Of a stretch of DNA of 56,556 nucleotides, positions 1 to 10,826 are shown in pieces (position 1 is the first letter of the stretch; each line of letters opens with the position of its first letter). Origin of the DNA: Guillardia theta CCMP2712 (Eukaryota; Protista; Cryptophyta); contig NW_005434529.1 in NCBI RefSeq assembly GCF_000315625.1, forward strand, positions 1-56,556, read 5' to 3'. The position numbers and the translations under genes are program-made. The notes beneath the pieces were generated by a model. The model did not search any database and had not been told where the DNA came from. It saw only the letters and a list, made by a program, of their open reading frames with translations.

Positions 1-131
1 CCTAACCCTAACCTAACCCTAAACCTAACCCTAAACCCTAAACCCTAAACCCTAAACCCTAAACCCTAAACCCTAAACCCTAAACCCTAAACCCTAAACC
101 CTAAACCCTAAACCCTAAACCCTAAACCCTA
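1..131. repeat. Telomere, (CCCTAAA)n = TTTAGGG type, left chromosome end
   Basis: Uninterrupted CCCTAAA array from ~30 to 131 at the window start. The first ~30 nt contain CCCTAA/CCTAA variants. Confidence 0.97.
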
Positions 132-778
132 GAAATCGATAAATCTGAGCGATCTCGGCCGTCGACATTCCTCCAAGAGCTAAGAGCTGCGATAGCTCGG
201 CAAGGCTCCCTCCCTTGCCCCAAGGTCCTCGCTTGGCTCGAAGCTTGAAGGACCGGTCGTGTGCAATGCTGACCTCTGTGGCTCGAAACGATCTGCCGTC
301 TACTCCATCGACTGAGTCTACCGTGAGACCCAGCTCCATAAGCTTCGATTTCAACTTTTCTTCTTGTCGAACAAACATCGAGGATATCCCTAGGAGAGTC
401 ATGGAGATGAAGGAGGTCCCCTCGGTGCCTTCGGCCCAGTGCCTATGTATGTCTCGACATTCTGCTTCTTGGCCTCCTCCATCTGTTGAATAAACCATGC
501 TCTCGACTCTGAGCTCCATTCGCTCAGAGAGTCTTCAAACACAGTGACAGGTCGCGTCTCGCCTGCCGACATGTCGAGCGGATGGCTTCAGCGATAGCGT
601 CGGGAGTGCATCCTCCCTCAGCTCTGCAACCATGAGCTGTCCGACTATTCGGATAACGCTTCGCGAAGCTCTTCACCTTCTCGACGAGGTCGGCGGCCTC
701 CACGACGTGGCCTCCTACGCGCCGCAGGGCAGCATGTGCCTCTGACAGGCGCAGCATGTGCCTCTGACAGCGCAGCAT
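115..778 (-). pseudogene. Degenerate subtelomeric coding fragment, possibly a retroelement ORF1/gag remnant
   Basis: Protein-like stretches lie in three frames: ORF 524-778, MSAGETRPVTVFEDSLSEWSSESRAWFIQQMEEAKK, and ORF 115-519. There are no introns, and the last frame runs into the telomere. The family assignment is inference only. Confidence 0.35.
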
Positions 779-791
779 GTGCCTCTGACAG
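729..791. repeat. Tandem repeat, 3 x ~21 bp (GCAGCATGTGCCTCTGACAG)
   Basis: Three direct copies abut an internal telomeric tract. Confidence 0.9.
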
Positions 792-810
792 CCTAAACCC
801 TAAACCCTAA
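792..810. repeat. Interstitial telomeric tract (same orientation as the terminal array)
   Basis: cctaaaccctaaaccctaa. Confidence 0.85.
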
Positions 811-1170
811 GGGGCTGCCTGACTGTCACAGTGTGAAAATAACGGCGCTGCCTGAAAATAACGGCGCTCCTATCATCATCATCATCATCATGTGAGTTTA
901 TTGAATTGCTAGAATGGTGTTTAAGCCGCTTATCGGCTCTCACATAAACAATCCTAGTCTAAAGAGGCGCGCGAGTACTGGGAGTACACGGCCTAAAGTG
1001 CTAACCCTGCTTCTGAGGCCTCTTCCTTCTTTCTACTTCTGCAATCTTCTCTTGGCCCACCCAAGTTTCCTCAGCCTCGGTCGGGAGAGTTGCGGCCTCT
1101 CCTCCCCTCTGCCTTCGGTCGCCACCTACTCCTCCTCCGAGTCCGTTTCAGCTTCCTCAGCCTCAGTCAA

Positions 1171-1190
1171 ACCCCTAAACCCTAAACCCT
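1171..1190. repeat. Interstitial telomeric tract (CCCTAAA orientation)
   Basis: acccctaaaccctaaaccct. Confidence 0.85.
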
Positions 1191-1682
1191 CACAGCGGCC
1201 CCTTCCTGTTGCCCCCGGCTCTCAGCCTCCCTTCTCTCCCCACATGTAGTCAGCCGAGGCTGTGGCAGGAAGGCCTTCTCCTAGCATGGCTGGACCTTCT
1301 CTTCTTCCCTTCATGTGTCCTATCACTTTGAGCTGCGCCTGCCTCCTTGGTGCCAGGCTCTCCCCGCATGGAGATGGCTTGCCTGTGCATAGTGCCTGCC
1401 CCCATGGAGCTAGGTCATCTCTCCTCCCCTTCTTGAAGTCCATAGAATGTGTTGTACTTCCAGCAGTTGCTTGATTGCTGCTGTCTTGATGCCTTCCCAT
1501 TCCGTGTCTTCCACCCTGAGCTTCCTAAAATTCTCATGACATTCCCTCTCCATGATCGATCCTTTCACTCCTGCTATAAATGTTGCTGTTCCACTTCATG
1601 ATCAGGCAGCAAAGTGATGAGTTCTGCTCTCAGGGAGGCATATTTCTCTTCCTTTTCCTGAAATTTCTTCCTTAGGCACTCC

Positions 1683-1698
1683 AGGGTTTAGGGTTTAG
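1683..1698. repeat. Interstitial telomeric tract in inverted orientation (TTTAGGG on +)
   Basis: agggtttagggtttag. Confidence 0.8.
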
Positions 1699-1837
1699 TC
1701 AAGTTGTCGAAGGTGTGCAGAAAATTTTCGAATGATAAAAAGCAAAAGATTGTGTGAGGAGCACAAGGGGAATAACTAGAAACATCTACATCCTTCAGCC
1801 TTGCGTGCTCCTAACCCCTCCCCCTTCTGAAGGGCTC

Positions 1838-3407
1838 TCACACTGCCACGCGCTTCCTGCCACTGGATGATGTTGAGACAGCAAAGACGACCTGTCGCTC
1901 AAACATCAGGAGACATATCAAGGGAAGTGTTTGCGAAGAAACAGTTGGCCTACCTGTCTTGCCTCTCTGTCGGCCTGCTGATATCCAAGCAAGGGATCAG
2001 GCCGGTTGCTGATATTATTACAGTCAATATTTTCTTGTGCGTCTAACAACAAGGCAAACCTCATGAGTGAAGAGTCTTCAACCCGCATGGTACTGGCGTT
2101 ATCTTCAACTGGGCTCTGACGAGCTACGACCTAGCAGAAAGGAACAATCAATAAAGATCACAAACGACCAATGAATAACCTGTATTGCAGCGTCTGCAAA
2201 CGCATCGGCCCCAGGAATTCCATATGTCATCTTCTTGAAATCCTCCAAACTTGCCTGCACAAACTAGATTCAAACACAGGATTCATGACTTGATTTGAAA
2301 CCTCAGCCGAGGAAGCTGCTGCCTTCTTCCAGTCTTCAGGGTTCATCGACGCCTTCATCGGCCCAATCTTCTGGCACCAGAACGGAGGATCCTGGCTTTC
2401 CGGGAGGTACACAAAGTAGTACAAGAAGAGTGAAACTGATCCTAACATCCAGAGAACCGCAAGAAACGGGATCCCGCTGGTGCAGAAAACTCCACCCGAC
2501 AGTGCGATAGCGAACATAACAAGAGATGCCCAACCTCGCGTGCATGACCAGCAGCATCCCATGACAAACGTGGTTAAGGTAACTGATCCGACCAACGCTC
2601 CAAACCCGACATTCAGGAAGCAGCCTGAGCTTGGCAGTCCAATAACATCCAGGACGTCACAAAGAGGCTTTAGAACGCAGCCCAACCCAACAAATAAGCT
2701 GATCATGCTGCCCATAGTCACATAAGGACGCGCAGCTTGCGAATTCGCTTCCTTCCTTTCCAGATCCTTCACTTGCTCATCTTTGTACTCCATCTGACCG
2801 CCCTCCATCATCCTCTTTCGGAAATCTTGTTCTCTCACAACCAGAACGACACGGATCTCACTGAAGACTAGCATGGTGACGGCCAAAATGAGAATAAGAA
2901 AGCCGAAACCTCCCAGCTTAGCACAGACGAAGTGAAGTTCTTGTGCATGCTAACATACGCTTCAAGAATCGAAGCCGCTTGTTCGGAGTTGAACGATTGC
3001 GAAGAAGCCGTACTTGCCCCCTCCATGGTACTCGTCACCACAGGTTGAGGTTTCTCAGCAGAGACAATTGCTGGCTGATCCACTTTACCTTGTGCGACAA
3101 CATTCGTCCCTACTGCAGCATCAAGACCCTGTACCTTTGGTTTCGAGGAAAACTTGACATTCTTGACTGCATTTTTTCCAACAGGACGATCATGCTGAAT
3201 CTCATTTCTTCGAAACAGAGCCCATTCTCTGCTAAGATCCTTGTCGCCAGCGAAAGCCTGCTGCTGTTGCTGGGTCCTGAGCATTGAAATACCTTCATAC
3301 TTGGCCCAGGAACTACTCATGCTTGATGTTGAGTCACCCAGAACAATTGAGACCATCTTCAAACCAAGGAGAGAGAAAAGCAACATAAACTTGACAGATT
3401 TTACCAT
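1838..3407 (-). CDS. Multi-exon membrane protein, TMEM43-like
   Basis: N-terminal signal peptide. A ~38-nt intron joins ORF 2868-3407 to the frame of ORF 2227-2886 (EAY|LGGFGFLILILAVTMLVFSEIRVV, resembling TMEM43 TM1 'F.NE.R'). The C-terminal TM cluster resembles TMEM43. Four more short GT-AG introns lead to the stop at 1838-1840. Confidence 0.6.
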
Positions 3408-3551
3408 GATGGATCAAAGAGCTTCAGACACGTCAGGTCAAGTTCCTAATAAAAAACGTATGTCAGTTGAGCGAAAGACATTCATTTCTGATGCATGGAA
3501 CTTGAACGTGTGAATAGTGCAAGCTACAACTGAGAGACTAGGGGACCTCGG

Positions 3552-3791
3552 CTACATCTGAGAGACTAGAAGGAGAGTTAGACTACATCTGAGAGACTAG
3601 GAGGAGAGTTAGGCTACATCTGAGAGACTAGGAGGAGAGTTAGACTACATCTGAGAGACTAGAAGGAGAGTTAGACTACATCTGAGAGACTAGGAGGAGA
3701 GTTAGGCTACATCTGAGAGACTAGGAGGAGAGTAAGGCTACATCTGAGAGACTAGGAGGAGAGTTAGACTACATCTGAGAGACTAGGAGGA
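3552..3791. repeat. 31-bp minisatellite (CTACATCTGAGAGACTAGRAGGAGAGTTAGR), ~8 copies
   Basis: Units start every 31 nt from 3552, with a degenerate copy at ~3524. There are no unique spacers. Confidence 0.95.
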
Positions 3792-4804
3792 TTCTGCAGG
3801 GATCTTGTAAGCTTCCATCTTCACTCCTCTTGTCATACATCGTTAGTACTCACCTTCCAATCCAGCCATGCCCGAAGAGTCACTGTGCAATGGAGGAACG
3901 GAAGGGGGTCACATTCACACACAAAAGAGGGGGTAGGGTCTTTTATACCTCATCCCCGCTAAGTCCCACTTGTTCGGAGATACGGGAAAGCAGCAGCAGG
4001 GATAAAACATGAAAAGAAAGCAGCGGGAAAGCCACTGGGAAAGCCAGCGGGAAAGCACAGCGGGAAAGGAAATCCTCAGCGGGGAAACATGGCGGGCTCT
4101 GAAGCACATTAGACGAGCATGGCGCATAGAAGAGGAGGGGAGGGTGTTCAGATCTGTGTTGCGCTCTCCTCTCTCCTGCTCCTACCGCCATCTTACTTGA
4201 TTTGCTACCTTCCCTCGTCTTCTCAGCCAATAGAAATCACAAGCAGACGGAGGAAGGACGGGACAGCAAGAGTGAGGGAGGAGGGAAGGGAGGGAGAAGG
4301 AGGGACGAAGGGAAGAGGGGAAGGAGGGAAGGATGGAAGAAGGGAAGGATGAAAGGAGGGAAGGAGGGAAGGAGAGACATAGAAGAGACAGACAAAGACA
4401 GAGACGGACAGAGAAAGACAGAGAAATATCCGGAGAAGGAAGGGTGCTCAAACTTTTCGAGGAAAATTCTCAGATTTCACTCGCTGTGTCGATAACTCGT
4501 AAGCAGCAGCAGTAAGGGCTATGGGTTTGGGGATTGCTATCATGTGAGTAGACTCACTATGTTGCTGCCATCTTGCATTAAGGCACATTCAGCACTTCCA
4601 GCTCTAATCACAGAATGCCTAACATTCTGTAGAAAGACCAAGCTTATGTGGTAGAGACAGGGAGAAACACTGGTCGATGTAGACTAGAATCGACACTGTA
4701 AATAGGGTAGGGACAAATTGCAACACAATCTATGATCGAAGGAGCCCATTTTTGTGATAGAATCTTTGATCTGATAATCTTGGTATTGTTACAGGCATCG
4801 AAAC

Positions 4805-6002
4805 ATGTTAAAGCTCCTACTACTCTTGGCTCTCCTGCTCTCATTTGGATTCGCTTCAGCTTCGTCGGCCATTCTCGCAGATTTGGAATTTCCAATGGCC
4901 CTCAAGAAAGTTTCGTCGATCCTGTCAAAATCGCTGCAGACCATGTCGTTGAAGCTTCCCTTACTGACATCATGCTTTGTTCAAGGCTCTTCTGAGGAGG
5001 TAAAAAGGCGGAATTGTTGATTTATGGACGACTGACCATGATTGAAAGCCGTGGACAAGTGGAGAGATGAGAGTGAAGGTAATGTACTTTTTGGTTCAAA
5101 AGACGTTTCTGAATTTCCTTCTAAAAAGATTGAGAGGAGGAAGAGAGAAAATGAACTTTACATTGACTGGCTTCGTCGTCGAGCGACAAAGATCAATGAA
5201 GTGGCTGCTCATATATCCAACCGTGTCGCAACCTGAACAAAGTGCAGGAACTGAGCATGACACGATATGACATTGAAGAAACCAAGACAAGGATAATTGA
5301 AATGCTGTCTAGCGGTTCCCACAAGCTGTCTATCTCCGAGACACGAAATAGCCTCCACCAGCTGCTGTCAGCCATGGACATGCTGCACAAGAAGGAGAAT
5401 TTTGAAAGAGACCACCAAGCACAGCTTTTGCAACGCATGAACTCAACTTGTGCCAATTTGACGGTTGAGCTGATCACAACGATGCTGTTCTTGCTGACAT
5501 GCTTCTAGCGAGCAAACAACGTACTTCAATGCAAATTGGAGGAAGCTAAACGTGCAGAAGAAGAAGTAAGAAGAAACCTGGTGACTCTTTCGCAAGAATT
5601 TTCTATTGAAACTTCAAGTGACGCTAATTTTGTTTTTCCAAATGCAGTCTTGGACTGAATTTATCTTGTAGATCGCGAGAATAAGCTGATGGAGCTCAAA
5701 GAGCTTGTATCTGATCTTGAGGTAATCGTAGGGCTTCTTCTGTGTACCGATGACTTTGACTTCGAAAGGTAAAACTTGGGGAAGAGACCAAGAAGGCTAC
5801 AAGCGCCAAGGAGTCTCTAAAGCGTGAAATGGAAACAATCAATGAGATGAAAAAAGAGGCGGACAGCAAGGAAGCTCGCGCTCGTGGGCGCCTGGATAGA
5901 TTGAGAGTCATATTGCAAGACATGTCTATTGATTCCTTCGAGGAGAAAGTAGGCGAGGCTAAGAAGATTCTTGAAGAGGTGCAAGAGAAGACCACGCGTT
6001 GA
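4805..6002 (+). CDS. Multi-exon signal-peptide coiled-coil protein of unknown function
   Basis: Signal peptide MLKLLLLLALLLSFGFASA. Short GT-AG introns join E/K/L-rich heptad exons (IERRKRENELY..., ELSMTRYDIEETK..., VKLGEETKK...EKTTR*). Confidence 0.65.
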
Positions 6003-6423
6003 TCTGACTTCTGACTCTTGTTTTCAGTCCCTCACCGCGTGATCTTTTCTGTTTGAACGCCTTTGTTCCATTTCATGTTGAATTCTCCGTGAAGTTCTCA
6101 TGGCCTCGAGTATTCAAATCTGAAGTAGCGCAAGATGACTTGATGTTCCCTGCATCTCCAAATTGTTCTCGATATTTTTTTCCATCGCAAGTGAATGTGA
6201 ATGAGTGATTTAATAAATGATTTCAATAACGATTTCAATTGCTCTCTTATTTCAAGAGAGCATCAATTAGACATCACTCAGAATGAACCATTCTAAGCAA
6301 ACAAAAATTACAACATGAACATTTTGGGTTCGAAGCAAATCTCTCAAATTCATGAGAAGGAATCGCGCGAGTTGTAGCGGAGTTGACGGAGAGAAAAGGG
6401 CTAAATTGTGAGATCAAAGGTGA

Positions 6424-9400
6424 TCACGCGGATCGATTGCTACCTTCTTTCACCTCAGCACATCTTCCTGATCTCATATGATCAAAGAAAGATAGACCAT
6501 CCTGCGAAGAAAGCCCCCGGACCCAATGCTCAATCTCAACTTCACTCTTGCTCGGGTTCTTTCCAAGCGGAATAACATTCCTAGAGAACAAAACGTTCTC
6601 GCTCTTTGTCATTCTTGCATCTTTCGAATCAAGCAGCGACAGGGACAGGGACAGATCAAGCATCCTCTCTAGCCAACGGCATTTCCAGTCTTTGAAAACC
6701 GCATCAGGCAAGCGCTTGAGAAACTTCGCCCTGGCGATAGGATGGTGATGAATCTTGACGTCTTTGCGAGACGGAGGAAAGGAACACTCCGTCGTTGACA
6801 ACTTCTCTGTGACATTTCCCATCAGCCGCACACGAGAAGTCTTGCCGAACACAAGTGACGCGGCGGATTCAAACAGCAGCTGATCAACATGATGCAGCAC
6901 CATATCATCCTCCAACGCAACCTTCCCGTCTAGAAACACCACCATCTCCTCATCATGAACATGCTGCAGCACTGCTCGGCGAGCAAAAGCCTTTCCTCGT
7001 CTCACCGTTGCGTTGAGCATCATGGCCTTTTGACTGCAGACCTTGACACTCTGCAGAGCAGCGAGCGCAACCTGAGCCGTCTGGTCGGAGGACTTGTCAT
7101 CGTACAGAATGACTCGTACGAAGGGAAACACTTGAGAGCAGACAGAGTCAACGACTCGTTTGATGTCACTCTCCACGTTGAATGCGTAGATGAAGACCAC
7201 GAAGAGAGAGGTTTGTCGGACATAACTCCCAGCCACAGCGTGCAAGTGACTCAGGTTGTGCCCCAGCAGGCCCTCAGCCCCCCACATCTGGGAGGGAGAA
7301 GAAGTTTTCAAGTCCCTTCCGAGCCTGAGGAAGGCCTCGTAGAGCGCCATCCTCTCCTTGGCAATCATCTCGTACTGCAGGAACCTCGGCTTCGCGAACT
7401 TGTTCATCTCCAGAGGCCCGAGGTTGTCAGAGTCGCGAACTTCCGGGAGAATCACGTTGGGAAAGACCACCGGAGCCCGCCAGCCCGCACACACCATGAT
7501 CCAGTTCCACAAGGCGTCAGCGGGGATGAGGTACCGCGGGTGCTGGAGGGTCCAGCTGGTCCACTGGTAGAGAAGCTTGATCATGGGGCGCTTGAGCACG
7601 ATGGAGTAAGTGCCGTAGGTGTAGAGAGTCTGGTCATAGAGCGACGTGTTGCTCATCCCCACCTGGCGTCGAAGATAAGTGTCCCAGGAAGCTGTCTCGG
7701 TGAAATAAAATCTGAAGCCCTTCCCTCCCTGCTTGATAGCATGCTTCTGAGTCTGCGTCCAGAACAACTGGTTGGCACCCAGGTAGTACATGGGAGCAAA
7801 CTGAAGAGCATGCGGGAGAGATCGATTGTTATGCAGGTAGTGAGCAGCGTCATGGATGAAATAGACGTCATCCTCCAGGAGAAGCACCTCGTCGACGTCC
7901 TCCCGCAGCAACTTCTCGAACAACTTGAAGTGAGTCATGAGGAGGCCAAGAGCTCCCTTGGAGGGAAAGTTTGGGCCAGGAATGCGGAATTTAAGAACCC
8001 TCCAGAGCTCTTGGAAGAGAGATAAGCACTCTTGACTTGCCTTGCAGTCCACTGCGTCGAAGAATTCGAAGTCGGTCAGGCCAATCTCGGACATCTTGTG
8101 CCTCATGGAAGCTTTCTTGTCTGCTCGTCGAGGTAAGTTGATGATGATTGTTCTTCGACGCTTCTTCTTGTGCAGAATCGACTCCGATCTTTCAAACTTG
8201 CTCCGAGACGCATTGCAGCGATGTAGAATACACATCTTCTCACCATTTTGCTTCAAAATGTTTGCGAGGCTGTTGATCGAAGTCTCGACTTGCAAGGCTA
8301 GGTCAATCTGCTGACGATCACAGGCGTTGGGCAGCAAACTTTGCACAACCATATCTTTGGTTGTGTTTCTTCCTGCCTGCACGATAGTAGCGTAGATGTC
8401 AGCAGTTTTTCCATGATGCACGATGGAGGTCGCACGACTGCAAATGTGAACGAGCGACAAGGGTCGAAATACGTCCGGCAACGGGTCATGCTCGATCGGC
8501 ATCAAGAAGATTCTTTGAGCCTTTAACACCCCTACCTCTCGAAGGTTTGGATGCAACGCGTTTTGAACGATGATTGGGAAATCGCCATGAATGCTGCGAA
8601 GTCTTTGAGAAACAAGCAACATGCATTCGGTGAAGGAATGAAACTCGTCGCATTCTGTGCCGCTGAGGGAAAGAAAGCAGTGAAAAGGTTTTGATAGCTG
8701 CAATCCCATCCCATCCAAGTATCGTGACGAAGCTTTCTGAATCCAACTGCTCATCGTCAAATCAAACCTGACCGGAGCCATGGCGTGTCCCCATGACATA
8801 TACTTCAACATCACCTGGTTACCCGAGCAAGCATGTATCCTCTTACATACTGCCTTCACAAAATCTTTGTTGGGAAAGAAAGTTTCACTAATCTTCTCCC
8901 TCAGCGTGTGAAACTGTTTTCGTGACGCAACCGCATCCTTCATATCCACTTTCACTGCACAAACATTTTTGATTTTTGCCTTCCCAGCACGATAAATGCT
9001 CGACGGAAACAAGTGAGACAAGAGAAGCGGGCTGGAAGATTGGTTTGCGTTCACGCGACTTTGATTCATGACGACATAGTCCAGGAGCATCACCCCACAA
9101 GCCTTGGCAAGTTCAACGTCATTCAAAGCGATCCACATCCAACCTTCCTTCATGGTCGACGGTTCCCTCAGCGAGATCTCATTAAAGATGACTTTGCCTG
9201 TCACTTTCGGTTTCGCTCTTGCTGTCGATATTCGCTGGTTCTGCAGTAGAAAATTTCTTCTCATGAGGCCTTGCTTTTTGGGTAGGTGAGGGACATCAAC
9301 GATGAAAACTACGTGAAAAGAGGTGTAAACCATGAACAACACAAGAAACGTGCGAATACACATCATATTGATGAATCCCACTTGATTAATATCTTGATTT

Positions 9401-9432
9401 GACATGTCGCAAAGGAAAAAAACTGAGGACAT
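6424..9432 (-). CDS. Intronless type II membrane glycosyltransferase with GT25 + GT2 domains (1002 aa)
   Basis: GT25 motifs IINLPRRADK, FEFFDAVD, GALGLLMTH, LLLEDD. GT2-type N-terminus FIYAFNVESDIKRVVDSVCSQ...ILYDDKSSDQT. N-terminal TM helix. Confidence 0.85.
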   Translation of the reverse strand: MSSVFFLCDMSNQDINQVGFINMMCIRTFLVLFMVYTSFHVVFIVDVPHLPKKQGLMRRNFLLQNQRISTARAKPKVTGKVIFNEISLREPSTMKEGWMWIALNDVELAKACGVMLLDYVVMNQSRVNANQSSSPLLLSHLFPSSIYRAGKAKIKNVCAVKVDMKDAVASRKQFHTLREKISETFFPNKDFVKAVCKRIHACSGNQVMLKYMSWGHAMAPVRFDLTMSSWIQKASSRYLDGMGLQLSKPFHCFLSLSGTECDEFHSFTECMLLVSQRLRSIHGDFPIIVQNALHPNLREVGVLKAQRIFLMPIEHDPLPDVFRPLSLVHICSRATSIVHHGKTADIYATIVQAGRNTTKDMVVQSLLPNACDRQQIDLALQVETSINSLANILKQNGEKMCILHRCNASRSKFERSESILHKKKRRRTIIINLPRRADKKASMRHKMSEIGLTDFEFFDAVDCKASQECLSLFQELWRVLKFRIPGPNFPSKGALGLLMTHFKLFEKLLREDVDEVLLLEDDVYFIHDAAHYLHNNRSLPHALQFAPMYYLGANQLFWTQTQKHAIKQGGKGFRFYFTETASWDTYLRRQVGMSNTSLYDQTLYTYGTYSIVLKRPMIKLLYQWTSWTLQHPRYLIPADALWNWIMVCAGWRAPVVFPNVILPEVRDSDNLGPLEMNKFAKPRFLQYEMIAKERMALYEAFLRLGRDLKTSSPSQMWGAEGLLGHNLSHLHAVAGSYVRQTSLFVVFIYAFNVESDIKRVVDSVCSQVFPFVRVILYDDKSSDQTAQVALAALQSVKVCSQKAMMLNATVRRGKAFARRAVLQHVHDEEMVVFLDGKVALEDDMVLHHVDQLLFESAASLVFGKTSRVRLMGNVTEKLSTTECSFPPSRKDVKIHHHPIARAKFLKRLPDAVFKDWKCRWLERMLDLSLSLSLLDSKDARMTKSENVLFSRNVIPLGKNPSKSEVEIEHWVRGLSSQDGLSFFDHMRSGRCAEVKEGSNRSA

Positions 9433-10826
9433 GTAGATTAATGCGGCCCGCTGAAACTTACGTTGGCTGGCACAGTTAAAAAATTGATGTACCGAAAGGC
9501 GATTCGATGGTTTGTCTGCTGTATTTCTGATCTAAATGAAAAAATTCGTGTGAAAGAAAGTTGGTATTCTCCGGGATGACTTTATGGATTAAGATTGCCT
9601 TCTTTCTCTCATTCGGTTTCTATCATTCGTCGCTCCCACTTCCACAGGGGAGTTAGTTCGCATGTACCTTTCTCCTTCTTCTCGTTGGCCTTTGTACTAT
9701 GTCATGTCAGCATTTCTTCTCAGTCGTTTCGCTTCTACTCTGCACCTTCCACCATCAAACGTCCGCTTCGCGATGTTCGATCTCCCTTTCGTATTGGATT
9801 CGAAATTCGGGCGATTTAGGTATCAGGGTTTTCCAATCATGGACGAGTAGAGAGCTTCAGCCTGTGCGTCACTGTCTGTCTGCCTATGTCTCTCTGTCTG
9901 TGCGCATGACTTGCTCTGCGTCTCTCTGCCTCTCTTGCTGCTCCTCTGCATCATGCGACGCTTCCGTCTCGTACGGCCACCATTGTTGGGGGGATGCCTT
10001 GCGTTGGTGGTGGGGTAGTATGGCGGGAGAATGAACGGGTGGCGAAGGAGTTTTACAACACAAGGGGTCCCTTCACAGAGACTTGGAGGGGTGTTGCACG
10101 GATGTTGGAAGGACGGGTCTTTTATTGAGTGAATACAGGGGTGTACACATAAGAGGGTGGTTTTGGTCAACTAGGGATCATGTCCCGAAGAGACATGATG
10201 GTACAAGGAAGAAGACGCGGAGAAGAGATGGCAGACGTGGGGGGGGGGGGGGGGGGTGACGACATGGCTGCGTTGACGACATGGCAGAGAAGGAGATACT
10301 GATGACGTTAATGGAGTGAGGAAGACATTAAGATGGCAAGGATGAAAATGCTGAAAGCGCCACTGCTAGTCGCTTATACGAGCAGTGTGAGGGAATGAAA
10401 GTCTACTGACGTCCAGTCTGAGCTAGAAGTGCTGATGTAAATTGAGATGTTAAGAACTATTTAACTGCAAGTCAATAGAGAAAGATATCAGAAGCAAGAG
10501 AGTTTTATAATCAGACCCTTTCAAGGAATTTTATTTTAATGGGCCGAGAATCCCTTGTTTGTACATGAGATGAAAAGCAGCAGACAGGATCATTCGTGGT
10601 TTCTAAGCTTTCGATGGTGTGTGATGCCTGATGATTTAGACATATCAACTCAAAGTAGGAACAATTGATTTAAACCCCAACAGAATGCGTCTCGGCACCA
10701 CGTTGCGCTAACAAGTTGATTTAGAGCATGTCCCACCGGAGGGGATAGCATCAATTTGCGTTCAAGGTTTGAAATGATTCTTCACCAGTCGCCTACGTGT
10801 GTTTGAGAACTTTTGACAGGGGGATA

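Noticed and set aside
1-30. Variant telomere units (CCCTAA, CCTAA) suggesting a mixed telomerase template
   Set aside because: Confined to the extreme contig end, where base quality is likely poor. They cannot be distinguished from sequencing error.
1135-1165. Hammerhead-like core CUGAGGA-agcu-GAAA on the minus strand (Penelope-type ribozyme?)
   Set aside because: Helices I and III cannot be paired around a valid NUH cleavage site.
3552-3791. CRISPR-like array (31-bp period)
   Set aside because: Units are contiguous with no unique spacers, the context is eukaryotic and there are no cas genes.
5067-5270. Second RLRGG motif (ORF …LLKRLRGGREK…)
   Set aside because: Splice phases place this exon in the IERRKRENELY frame. 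The RLRGG frame cannot be joined to the flanking exons without stops.
6955-8025. 356-aa + strand ORF
   Set aside because: Antisense shadow of the GC3-rich glycosyltransferase, with no motifs of its own.
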